Below, in pieces: positions 41,503-51,033 of a DNA stretch of 58,456 nt. Every line of letters begins with the position of its first letter. The stretch's first letter is position 1. The stretch spans positions 1-58,456 of the forward strand of contig LT649254.1 in assembly GCA_900128395.1 (NCBI GenBank), given 5' to 3'. The DNA is from Stramenopiles sp. TOSAG23-2. Taxonomy: Eukaryota. The position numbers were made by a program, and so were the translations under genes. The notes beneath the pieces are model-generated. The model worked only from the letters and a program-made list of their open reading frames with translations. It did not search any database and was not told the origin of the DNA.

Positions 41503-44500
41503 CTTTTTTCCTTTCAGCGGCTAACTTCTGTCGCCGTAAACGTTCTGTTTGCTGTCGTTGCCCAAGACGTTGGCTAACTCTTTGTTGACTTTTTGTTGCA
41601 CGTTCAGATATATTGCCTGATCTACGTGATTTCATCGATGGTGCTTTTCTACCTGACACTTTTATATCGTTTGGACCATTTTTACTAGTATTCCTAATTC
41701 CTGATAATTCCAAACTTTCCCGTGCACGGGCCAATCTTTCCCTTGCACTTCTAGTTCTTAAGCGCCTAGAATCATCAGAAGCTCTATCCAATGCATTTCT
41801 TTCTCGATACAATTTCATTTTTGATCTTACAGCTTCTGCTATTAATTCTTCATCCCCAGCAAATGCATCATCATCAAATGCTTGCGATTCGGTTATGGAC
41901 CACTTATCGTCCAATATAGCTCCTTGGTTCAACGAGGATTCATTTGGAAGGGAGACGTCGACAGTTGCATGGTCATTTTCCTCATTTTCATATTGTGAAA
42001 ATATATCATTAGGGCCAGCACTCCATTTTGATAATTCACCAGTCAATGCTTTATTATGCGCTGCTAACTCAGCTAATTTGCTTTCAATGGATTGAATTTT
42101 CACTTCATATTTTTCTGACGTTTGTTTCTCAGCTTCTGCAACTGCTTGCGTTACTGTTGTTTGCGATACGGTACTACTTTGCGCATGCTTTAATTCAGCC
42201 TTTAAATTGTTGCTAATTTCTAATAATTTTTCACGTTCATCCATCAAACGTTTCAAATCATTCGTTGCACCATCTAATTTTATGCGCAAATTTGCATTGT
42301 CTTCAACATCACGAGCACCACCTGAACCAAAAGTAGAGACATCAAAGTTTCTTCGTTGCATTCGTTCTGTAACCAATTGCCGTGGAGCTGTGCTACTGCC
42401 AAGATCATCACCATTTGTATGTGTGACACCATAATTAATTTCATCTTTCGCTTTTGATAGATCTTTCATCGATTCCATTTCCTTCCTCATTTCACTAATA
42501 ACAGAGCGTAAACGATCGTTTTCTTGTACCACCATAATTTCCTTAGCACTTTCCGCATTCCTCAATCGTTCTTGTTGTACCGATGTATCATTGTTATTTT
42601 TATTTAAATCAGTTGCGACTTCACCCCAACCAACACGTCGATTGTTTATACTATCATTGAATTCACCAGTTTCCATCTTCACTTCTCTACGTTGCGTTAC
42701 TTGTTGTCTCTCAGGGCTTGGTTGCATTTCAAATTTTAATGGTGATGGAGGACCCATATCTTCAGAGAATATAGGTGACTCTGGCGGAGGCAGGTTGTTA
42801 TTATTAATGTTGCTATGGTTAAATTGTATGTTATTGCTATTGTTGTTATTGTTAGGATTGTTCGTCATCATCATCATATTATTATTATTATTATTATTGC
42901 CTCCTGTCATTTCATGACGTCTATCAACAATTTTGCCATATTGGTTACTCAAACTTTCCGATAATCTGCTATGAGCTCTCACAGCATTCAACTCAGCACG
43001 TGTTCGATTTAAATCAGCTTCCAATTCAACAATTCTCTCTTCTAAATCTTTCTTTTCACGCCCTAAATGATCTCGTTGCTTTTGCAATACTGCTGTCAAC
43101 TCACCATGTTTCGCACTTTCCCTTGACCGTTCTTCTTCCCAACGTTGCTCCCATCTTAAATTTAAATCAGAGTTTTCACGTTGTTGTGATAATTCACGTC
43201 TTGTAACTTCTTCAACTTGCATTTTCAGTTTTTTCTCGTTAGATTGTATCGTTTCGATTCTTTCTTGCAAGGCTGTCGCCTCTTCGTCCTTTGATTTCAA
43301 TTGCAAATCCCTATTCCATAATTGATTTTTCAAATCGTTCGATATTTCTTCTTGCGATTTTAATTTCAATGTCGATTCCTTTCGCAGCGTTTCCGTTTCT
43401 TCTTTTAAACCCATGATGGTCTTTTCATTTTGTACTTGAGTTTCTTTCAATGTTGCTTGGTATTTTGCAGTTTCTTGCTCAGCAGCTGCTATGCGTGCCA
43501 TTAATGCTTCGTTACGGCCTTCCATCCTCACTTTAATGCGCTCCTGCTCAGCCTCTCTGTCTTTTTCTACCTGAGCTAATTGCAACTCAAATTGCTCCCG
43601 TTGTTGGACAAATGCACGTTCAACACTATGCAAACTTTCAAGCAATTCACCCATTTTGCCTTCATATTCATCCAATAATGATTGTTTGACTTGGGCTAAT
43701 TGTTGCTTTTCTTGTTCTAAATTTGACACTTGTTCAATTGTACTTTCTTTTTGTTCCTCCAATTCACGCAAGGCCTGTTTCCTTGCACGATCCATATCGG
43801 CAACTTCAACCTTTAAATTGTCATTATCCCTACATTTATTTACTAATTGATTTTGTGCATTATTCAAATCCATTTTCGTTGTTTGTAATGATTTTTCTAA
43901 ATCAATACGTTTTGCCTCCCAATCACTTTCTTTACGTCTAAATTCTTCCTCACGTTTTCGCATAATATCATCATGGCTGACATTCATATCATTTCGTTGC
44001 TTGACGATTTGATCATCTTTCTCCCTTAATGCTTTGGCATGATCTCGTTTCATTGCTTCAACTACTTCATGATTTTTCCTAGCATCGTCATCTTTAGCCC
44101 AACGTGTTTTTTCTAAACTATCTGTCACTTCTTTCATTTTTTGCTCAAAGTTGGTTTCATTGGATTTGGACCGAGCGCGTTCAGTAGTGACTATTGACTG
44201 CAAATCGTTGATCTGTGTTTTTAACTCATTGATTTCCTTGCTTTTTCCACGCATTACAACCTTTAAGGATTCAAAATTGGCTTCATATCGATCAAGTTCT
44301 GCATCACGATCTTCAATTAATTTTAAATTATATGTAAAATCTTCTTTTAACTTTGCAAATTTTGTTCTTAATTTACTTTCACTTTTTTCTCTTCTACGCA
44401 GTTCCTCTTCCAATGTATTGACACGGTAATCATTAATGTCGTGCAGCTCTCGCTCTTTTTGTGCTATTAATGAGCGTATATTAAATGTTTGATTTACTGC

Positions 44501-44671
44501 GCTACTATTGTTCGGGGAATTTAATGGTGATGATGTTTGTTGCTGTCCAAGGTTATTATTATCATTATTCATCATACTAATATTGTTATTATTATTATTA
44601 TTCATAAAAGATGCGGTTGAAAGTTGTGGTGGTGATACTGGATTACCAACAGACATTTTCGAGGAATCCAT
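41432..44671 (-). CDS. CCDC57: Coiled-coil domain-containing protein 57-like (centrosomal)
   Basis: LKEDFTYNLKLIEDRDAELDRYE near the N-terminus, ER.KLLEISN.LKAEL, and C-terminal KVRNYNIK. Confidence 0.8.
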   Translation of the reverse strand: MDSSKMSVGNPVSPPQLSTASFMNNNNNNNISMMNNDNNNLGQQQTSSPLNSPNNSSAVNQTFNIRSLIAQKERELHDINDYRVNTLEEELRRREKSESKLRTKFAKLKEDFTYNLKLIEDRDAELDRYEANFESLKVVMRGKSKEINELKTQINDLQSIVTTERARSKSNETNFEQKMKEVTDSLEKTRWAKDDDARKNHEVVEAMKRDHAKALREKDDQIVKQRNDMNVSHDDIMRKREEEFRRKESDWEAKRIDLEKSLQTTKMDLNNAQNQLVNKCRDNDNLKVEVADMDRARKQALRELEEQKESTIEQVSNLEQEKQQLAQVKQSLLDEYEGKMGELLESLHSVERAFVQQREQFELQLAQVEKDREAEQERIKVRMEGRNEALMARIAAAEQETAKYQATLKETQVQNEKTIMGLKEETETLRKESTLKLKSQEEISNDLKNQLWNRDLQLKSKDEEATALQERIETIQSNEKKLKMQVEEVTRRELSQQRENSDLNLRWEQRWEEERSRESAKHGELTAVLQKQRDHLGREKKDLEERIVELEADLNRTRAELNAVRAHSRLSESLSNQYGKIVDRRHEMTGGNNNNNNNMMMMTNNPNNNNNSNNIQFNHSNINNNNLPPPESPIFSEDMGPPSPLKFEMQPSPERQQVTQRREVKMETGEFNDSINNRRVGWGEVATDLNKNNNDTSVQQERLRNAESAKEIMVVQENDRLRSVISEMRKEMESMKDLSKAKDEINYGVTHTNGDDLGSSTAPRQLVTERMQRRNFDVSTFGSGGARDVEDNANLRIKLDGATNDLKRLMDEREKLLEISNNLKAELKHAQSSTVSQTTVTQAVAEAEKQTSEKYEVKIQSIESKLAELAAHNKALTGELSKWSAGPNDIFSQYENEENDHATVDVSLPNESSLNQGAILDDKWSITESQAFDDDAFAGDEELIAEAVRSKMKLYRERNALDRASDDSRRLRTRSARERLARARESLELSGIRNTSKNGPNDIKVSGRKAPSMKSRRSGNISERATKSQQRVSQRLGQRQQTERLRRQKLAAERKKVRNYNIKEEKEDAKKKVAKKNDE

Positions 44672-45016
44672 ATTTTCACAAATGTGAATAATATTATATA
44701 TATCTATATATTGTATTGAAATATCTTACACCTGTACCAAGACAATTATTTGTAGACTGAAATACAATATTATATCTATATTTATGAAACGGGTTACCAT
44801 CGTTGATTTTTTAATTTGTAATAATATCTATTTTATCATATATCGTTATTATTATTATTAAATGTGATTATTATTTATAAATTCGAAATGCACAACAAAT
44901 GATGTGCAAAAATCAGTTAGAAAAGAGATCCCTTGGTCGCATAAAAACCTTAAACGAGGACGATGCGTTTTACAATTTATTATTATTTTTTTATATATTA
45001 CAAAAAAAAACTGAGG

Positions 45017-45914
45017 NNNNNNNNNNNNNNNNNNNNNNNNNNNNNNNNNNNNNNNNNNNNNNNNNNNNNNNNNNNNNNNNNNNNNNNNNNNNNNNNNNNN
45101 NNNNNNNNNNNNNNNNNNNNNNNNNNNNNNNNNNNNNNNNNNNNNNNNNNNNNNNNNNNNNNNNNNNNNNNNNNNNNNNNNNNNNNNNNNNNNNNNNNNN
45201 NNNNNNNNNNNNNNNNNNNNNNNNNNNNNNNNNNNNNNNNNNNNNNNNNNNNNNNNNNNNNNNNNNNNNNNNNNNNNNNNNNNNNNNNNNNNNNNNNNNN
45301 NNNNNNNNNNNNNNNNNNNNNNNNNNNNNNNNNNNNNNNNNNNNNNNNNNNNNNNNNNNNNNNNNNNNNNNNNNNNNNNNNNNNNNNNNNNNNNNNNNNN
45401 NNNNNNNNNNNNNNNNNNNNNNNNNNNNNNNNNNNNNNNNNNNNNNNNNNNNNNNNNNNNNNNNNNNNNNNNNNNNNNNNNNNNNNNNNNNNNNNNNNNN
45501 NNNNNNNNNNNNNNNNNNNNNNNNNNNNNNNNNNNNNNNNNNNNNNNNNNNNNNNNNNNNNNNNNNNNNNNNNNNNNNNNNNNNNNNNNNNNNNNNNNNN
45601 NNNNNNNNNNNNNNNNNNNNNNNNNNNNNNNNNNNNNNNNNNNNNNNNNNNNNNNNNNNNNNNNNNNNNNNNNNNNNNNNNNNNNNNNNNNNNNNNNNNN
45701 NNNNNNNNNNNNNNNNNNNNNNNNNNNNNNNNNNNNNNNNNNNNNNNNNNNNNNNNNNNNNNNNNNNNNNNNNNNNNNNNNNNNNNNNNNNNNNNNNNNN
45801 NNNNNNNNNNNNNNNNNNNNNNNNNNNNNNNNNNNNNNNNNNNNNNNNNNNNNNNNNNNNNNNNNNNNNNNNNNNNNNNNNNNNNNNNNNNNNNNNNNNN
45901 NNNNNNNNNNNNNN
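45017..45914. other. Scaffold gap (898 N)
   Basis: Run of N. Confidence 1.
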
Positions 45915-45995
45915 TATTAATATCATATCATATATCATACACTGAGTAAGAGAAAATTATATAATGTGTATTATACATCATATGTGTTAATAATT

Positions 45996-47273
45996 TTACC
46001 TCTCATCATCAGTCGAATCCTCCTTCCCGAAAAATGTTATACTTCCATCATCAAAATGAATTGCATCATCATCTTCCTCTCCAAAACTACTTTCACGTCT
46101 ATCATTCCCTCCTTCCTCAACACCGAAAAAAGGAGTTTCTAATCTATCAGCAGTACTCGTACCACGTATTCCATTACTATCCCTGATACTGCTATTTCTT
46201 CTGTTGTTTTTATTAAAAAATGAAAAGCAACAACAGCAAAAAGATTTATATAGAACCAATACCTCACTTTTAATTTTATCATTCGAACAATATGCAACAG
46301 CAGATTGAATAAATACAAACCCAGGAAAAATAATATGCATGATGATATTTAATTCAGGATATCGTTGCGACTCTGCAGTATGATTCGTGCTTGGTGGATT
46401 TAATAACGACAATATCCAATAAAATATTATTGGCAACCAACAGATAAATGTGACAAGAGGGAATGCAACTAATTTACGAAAAATACGCATGAATCTATTT
46501 CTTAACTCAACATCTTCACTTGCCCTGTCTAGCATTAACTTACGTATTTTCAACAATGTATAACCAGTTAATGTAATAGCAATCAATAGTGGTGAATAAG
46601 CAACAAGATACAATTTCTTTTCAGTGAAAAATATCCAACAAAACGAATAATTCGTCTCCAAATAACTTGATTTCATCATACTAGGCGAAAATCCTGTCGT
46701 TTCATGTCCATATCCATATTTTTGATCTTCTACACTTTGTACCATTGATAAATATACCAAAACAAATAATAACGGGAAAAACAAAATTTGCAAATAACGC
46801 TTAAATCTTATTTCCGCATCAGCCGGTTTATTGTTTTGCCTGAACGTTGAGTAAACTTCGTACGTTATACATAACAACGAGACCACATTCGTCTGCAATG
46901 TGATTTGTGTAAGAGCACCTTGAGCTTTACACTCGGTTGTCATTTTATATCCTGTTTTATTTAGTGCTGGAATAAAAACCATTTTTGAATTTGTGCTGTT
47001 AAATAAAAACGATATATTTGCAGTGTACAAACCATTTGATATAATTGCTATTGCCATCAAAAACATTAAATTAGATTTATTTGTTATCGTACTACGAAAT
47101 ATATTATTGTTTAAAGACTTATAATACAATCGAGTGACTGCAAAACACACCGGTAAAGACAATATAAAACAAATAATACCAACGATAGCAGATAATTCTT
47201 TAAGCCCAAGAGTTGTTTGCTCTTCATGATCTATTTTTATATTTTGATGAGTTGGTGTCACAACTGAAGGCAT
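45996..47273 (-). CDS. 7TM GPCR-like protein (cAMP-receptor/GCR1-like)
   Basis: Seven hydrophobic segments; CKAQG before TM3, FCWI in the extracellular loop, KLVAFPLVTFICWLP in TM6. First ATG is at 47273 (the track starts at a TTG). Confidence 0.8.
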   Translation of the reverse strand: MPSVVTPTHQNIKIDHEEQTTLGLKELSAIVGIICFILSLPVCFAVTRLYYKSLNNNIFRSTITNKSNLMFLMAIAIISNGLYTANISFLFNSTNSKMVFIPALNKTGYKMTTECKAQGALTQITLQTNVVSLLCITYEVYSTFRQNNKPADAEIRFKRYLQILFFPLLFVLVYLSMVQSVEDQKYGYGHETTGFSPSMMKSSYLETNYSFCWIFFTEKKLYLVAYSPLLIAITLTGYTLLKIRKLMLDRASEDVELRNRFMRIFRKLVAFPLVTFICWLPIIFYWILSLLNPPSTNHTAESQRYPELNIIMHIIFPGFVFIQSAVAYCSNDKIKSEVLVLYKSFCCCCFSFFNKNNRRNSSIRDSNGIRGTSTADRLETPFFGVEEGGNDRRESSFGEEDDDAIHFDDGSITFFGKEDSTDDER

Positions 47274-47371
47274 GATTGAAAACAACCTACAAAACCTTTA
47301 CAATAACAATTACAGATAGCTGCGTATATACAATATTCATACCACACACTATTTTTTGTTTTCATTTTATA

Positions 47372-50300
47372 TTATTCACCATTTCCATTAATATGCGCTT
47401 TGTTACTATGTAAATTTGTTTCTAATGCTTTGAACCTTCGATAAACTTTCTGCAAATCATGCCCTAAATTTTGCAGCTGCAATGCTAATCTAGCATTACT
47501 ATCAAGTAAACTCATAACATCGTCCGACAGCGTTTGGATGGTACCTGTAGATACATTTCCGGTTGTTGATTTTTTTCCGTCTTGTATATTTAAAAAGTTT
47601 TCTAAAAATGTACCACTTTTTAATACTAATTCTTCAATTTGCTTCATTAAATCTTGCAACGATGAATACTTTTGATTTAATTCACGTTCTAGATTAAAAC
47701 GTTCAGTTTCATTTAAATCACTATGCTTCGACGATCTAGGTGAAGAACCATGAATTGATCTGCGCTGTTGTTGATTGAAATGTTGTTTAAAATGATCATT
47801 GACATCTGTTATATTGTGATCATCTAAATGCCCTATGTCCAACGAACGATTATGACGCAATGGTGAGTTTGCTGCGAAGGATGATGCTTGATATCTTCTT
47901 CGTTCAGTTTCAAGTGTAGTTTGGGAATTGCGTATTAAATCATGTGTATCTTCCACTTGCTTCATAATGATATCTCTAGCGGATAGCCCAAGATGACTTT
48001 CCCCAGTACCATGTTTTGAATACCCATGTTGGTTATGGCTACGACGATTCATTCGTATATCCATATGGTATCTACTACCATCTTGTCCATGTTGTTGATT
48101 TTGATGGAGGTGGTTGTTGGTTAAATGTCCATGTAATTCATGAGAATATCGTTTCAATTCGTGATCTCTATCATTGATCTGTTGATGCAATTTTGTTTGC
48201 GTATGATACAATGTTTTCATTTCTTTTTGTGCGACTTCAATGGCATCTTTTAAACGACTATTTTCAATTGCATTTTCTTGGCGAGCACTTTGCAAACCTG
48301 ATGTCATCTCCTTTAATTTTACATTTTCGTTTTTTGTTTGCACCAGTTCATGTTTAATTCGGTTAATTTCATGCGCTTTTATATTTAATTCTTCAAATTT
48401 ATGTTCAAATTGTTTCAGACGTTCATTCTTCTCTTTATACAAATGTTTTGTTTGTGTCATTTCACCCTTTAACTGTTCTACTTGACTTTCCAATCTAGTT
48501 TTTAACATAACCTCTCTTTTCAATTGCTCACGTTCATCTTTACGGTCTGCTTCTACTATTGATATTGTCGTTTGTAACTTTGCTGTATCGACAACTTTTT
48601 TCGACAATATGCGTACCTTGTCATTTAATTTACGTATCTCTTTTTCCTTGCTTTTCAATTCTGTCTCCATGCGTTCTAATTTACCAAGATATTTAACTTC
48701 CGCATGTCGCACTGTTTGGCTAAATGCACTTCTTAATCGTCGTATTTGCCCTAACTGTTGAATTATATGCCTGCGAGGGTATATATTGTTCAGCGAAGTG
48801 CCAGTTTCGGACATTTGCGTGCTTTGTTCAATTTCTTGCCGTTTAATCTCTTCCTCCAATGATAATGTCGATGGGTCCCCACTGCCCGGATTGAAACATT
48901 CGTTTAAATGTGCTTGTATCAACTTTTCCCATTGGATGGATTCTTGCCTCCATTTACTTTCGCGATCATGGTTTTCACGGCGTATAATTTCCATTTCTGC
49001 TATTTTATTTGCCTTTACCTTGTTAATTTCTTCATTCAAAATATTGATTCTACCATCCAATTTATCTTTCACCACTGCTTGATCCTCAAGAAATTTAATA
49101 CGTTTATGTTCCTCCCTTCTTCTAGAATCTTCCATCTCTTCAATGCGTTGTTTCATGTCGTCAATTATATGTCTACAACGCCTAGAATCTTCTTCTTCAT
49201 TCTCTAATTTTCTTTTCAAATCCGTGTTATTAAACTCAAGTGCTTTGTATTTACCGTCCATTTCTGCTAAACGGCGTTCTTTTTCAATAACAACTTGCAA
49301 ATGTTGTTGTTTCAACGTAGCCTCTTTTTCTGTTGCTATTGCTTGTAATTTTGTTTCTTTTATTTGCATGGATTCCAACAATGTTCTATTTTCCGTTTTT
49401 GCTTCGGAAAATTTAATATCCAATTCTTTCAATTCCCTTGTAGTTTCCTTTAATAATTGTTTTGTTTTCAGCAATTCCATTTTGTTTTTTTCAATCTCAG
49501 CTACATTTTTATCTGAATACATGATAGCATCATTTAACTCATTTTCTAAACGTGAGATCTCTTCCGCTTCCGCCATTTGAGACTCTTCATTTGATTTTTT
49601 CAAATTGATATTGATTAAATTCAATTCTTCTACTTTTTGTGTTAAATTGGTAATCTCTGTATTAATATCATCATGTTTATTTTTGTAATCCATCAGTTCT
49701 TTATCTTTTTCAATCATTTCATTTGATAATGCTATATGAGACTCAGCAGTGTCTTTTAAAATTAATAATTGTTTATTCAAATTTTCATTTTGTGCATTTA
49801 AATTAGCTATTTTTTCTTGCAGGACAGCATTTTCATTATTCACTTTGACATGCTGCACCTCCAACAATTTGCGTTCCGCTGCTTGATCCACACTATTATT
49901 TACATGGACAGTTAACTCTTCAATTTTGGTTTCCATTTCATTAATTTTATTATTTTGTGATATTATAATCTTTTCTTTATCTTCAAGCACATTTTTGGAC
50001 ATAGAAAGTTCCATTTCTTTTTGCCGCACTAATGGGTGTGAATTATCATTTCGCATTTCTTCCGATTCTGCCTTTGCTAATTCGAGATCTGCTTGCAAAC
50101 TTTCAATGGCATTTCTGGCTTTAATTAATAATATATTTCGTTCCTCCAACTCATTTGTTTTTTCCTCACACAACATTCGTTGTTGAAATAAATCTTCCTC
50201 CAATGCAACCATATTTGGTTGCGAATTTCCTGGTGCTAATTTTGCCAGTCGTTCTTCTAAATAAAATATTCGCAACTTCATATCAAAATTTAACTTTTGT

Positions 50301-50488
50301 AGTTTTTGAAACTGGACTTGGTCATCTTTCATATTACTTGCTTGACCATTGGACGCGGAGGGTGATCGTATTTGTGATGATAAATCTTTTATAATATTAT
50401 CCGCCATATTGTTGTTATTATTATTATTATTACCCGTGGATGACGTTCGTGTTGATTGTATCATATCATTTAAATCATCATTATCCAT
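47372..50488 (-). CDS. Centrosomin motif 1 (CM1/gamma-TuNA) coiled-coil protein (CDK5RAP2/Mto1-like)
   Basis: MKDDQVQFQKLQKLNFDMKLRIFYLEERL matches the CM1 consensus L.KENF.LKLRIYFLEE; long coiled coil follows. Confidence 0.85.
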   Translation of the reverse strand: MDNDDLNDMIQSTRTSSTGNNNNNNNNMADNIIKDLSSQIRSPSASNGQASNMKDDQVQFQKLQKLNFDMKLRIFYLEERLAKLAPGNSQPNMVALEEDLFQQRMLCEEKTNELEERNILLIKARNAIESLQADLELAKAESEEMRNDNSHPLVRQKEMELSMSKNVLEDKEKIIISQNNKINEMETKIEELTVHVNNSVDQAAERKLLEVQHVKVNNENAVLQEKIANLNAQNENLNKQLLILKDTAESHIALSNEMIEKDKELMDYKNKHDDINTEITNLTQKVEELNLININLKKSNEESQMAEAEEISRLENELNDAIMYSDKNVAEIEKNKMELLKTKQLLKETTRELKELDIKFSEAKTENRTLLESMQIKETKLQAIATEKEATLKQQHLQVVIEKERRLAEMDGKYKALEFNNTDLKRKLENEEEDSRRCRHIIDDMKQRIEEMEDSRRREEHKRIKFLEDQAVVKDKLDGRINILNEEINKVKANKIAEMEIIRRENHDRESKWRQESIQWEKLIQAHLNECFNPGSGDPSTLSLEEEIKRQEIEQSTQMSETGTSLNNIYPRRHIIQQLGQIRRLRSAFSQTVRHAEVKYLGKLERMETELKSKEKEIRKLNDKVRILSKKVVDTAKLQTTISIVEADRKDEREQLKREVMLKTRLESQVEQLKGEMTQTKHLYKEKNERLKQFEHKFEELNIKAHEINRIKHELVQTKNENVKLKEMTSGLQSARQENAIENSRLKDAIEVAQKEMKTLYHTQTKLHQQINDRDHELKRYSHELHGHLTNNHLHQNQQHGQDGSRYHMDIRMNRRSHNQHGYSKHGTGESHLGLSARDIIMKQVEDTHDLIRNSQTTLETERRRYQASSFAANSPLRHNRSLDIGHLDDHNITDVNDHFKQHFNQQQRRSIHGSSPRSSKHSDLNETERFNLERELNQKYSSLQDLMKQIEELVLKSGTFLENFLNIQDGKKSTTGNVSTGTIQTLSDDVMSLLDSNARLALQLQNLGHDLQKVYRRFKALETNLHSNKAHINGNGE

Positions 50489-50708
50489 TATTACTTTTGG
50501 AAGAGAAGAAAATATATATATAAATATTTATATATTAAATTGTTTTTTAACTCATGCAATACTAATGATATATATGATGTGTATAAATTCGTTTTGTTGT
50601 GTAACCGAATATCTCTTCTGCCTCTCTCATACAGTTATATATCTATTTTCTAAAAAATCTATATAGAATCTATATGCCACATATGCATATCAAGAAATCA
50701 AGATTTAA

Positions 50709-50924
50709 ACGTCCATAATAGTAAATGCTTTTAAAGCGTTTGAAACGCAGGGTTCGTCGGGGTATGTAACAATTGATTCCTTGAGAAAAGCATTAATGTC
50801 TTATGGCACAGAAAAATTATCATTGCAACAAGCAAATGATTTATTATCGCAATTAGAACAAGATAGCCAAGGTAGAGTGAATTATGTGGATTATGTAAAT
50901 ATGATGATGGGTGGTGGCAACTAG
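50709..50924 (+). CDS. C-terminal half of a calmodulin-like EF-hand protein (outer-arm dynein LC4-like); 5' part missing; absent from the ORF track
   Basis: Manual translation TSIIVNAFKAFETQGSSGYVTIDSLRKALMSYGTEKLSLQQANDLLSQLEQDSQGRVNYVDYVNMMMGGGN*, preceded by an in-frame TAA at 50706-50708. Confidence 0.8.
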   Translation, partial: TSIIVNAFKAFETQGSSGYVTIDSLRKALMSYGTEKLSLQQANDLLSQLEQDSQGRVNYVDYVNMMMGGGN

Positions 50925-51033
50925 GAAAAATATTTTATAAATAAATGCAATATATGATATGCATTTAAAATATAAATATGTATATATACGGTATGTATCT
51001 CAACGTTCGTATAAGATTATATGGAGCACATTT

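Noticed and set aside
44899..45949. Three long ORFs in the track
   Set aside because: Artefacts of translating the N gap.
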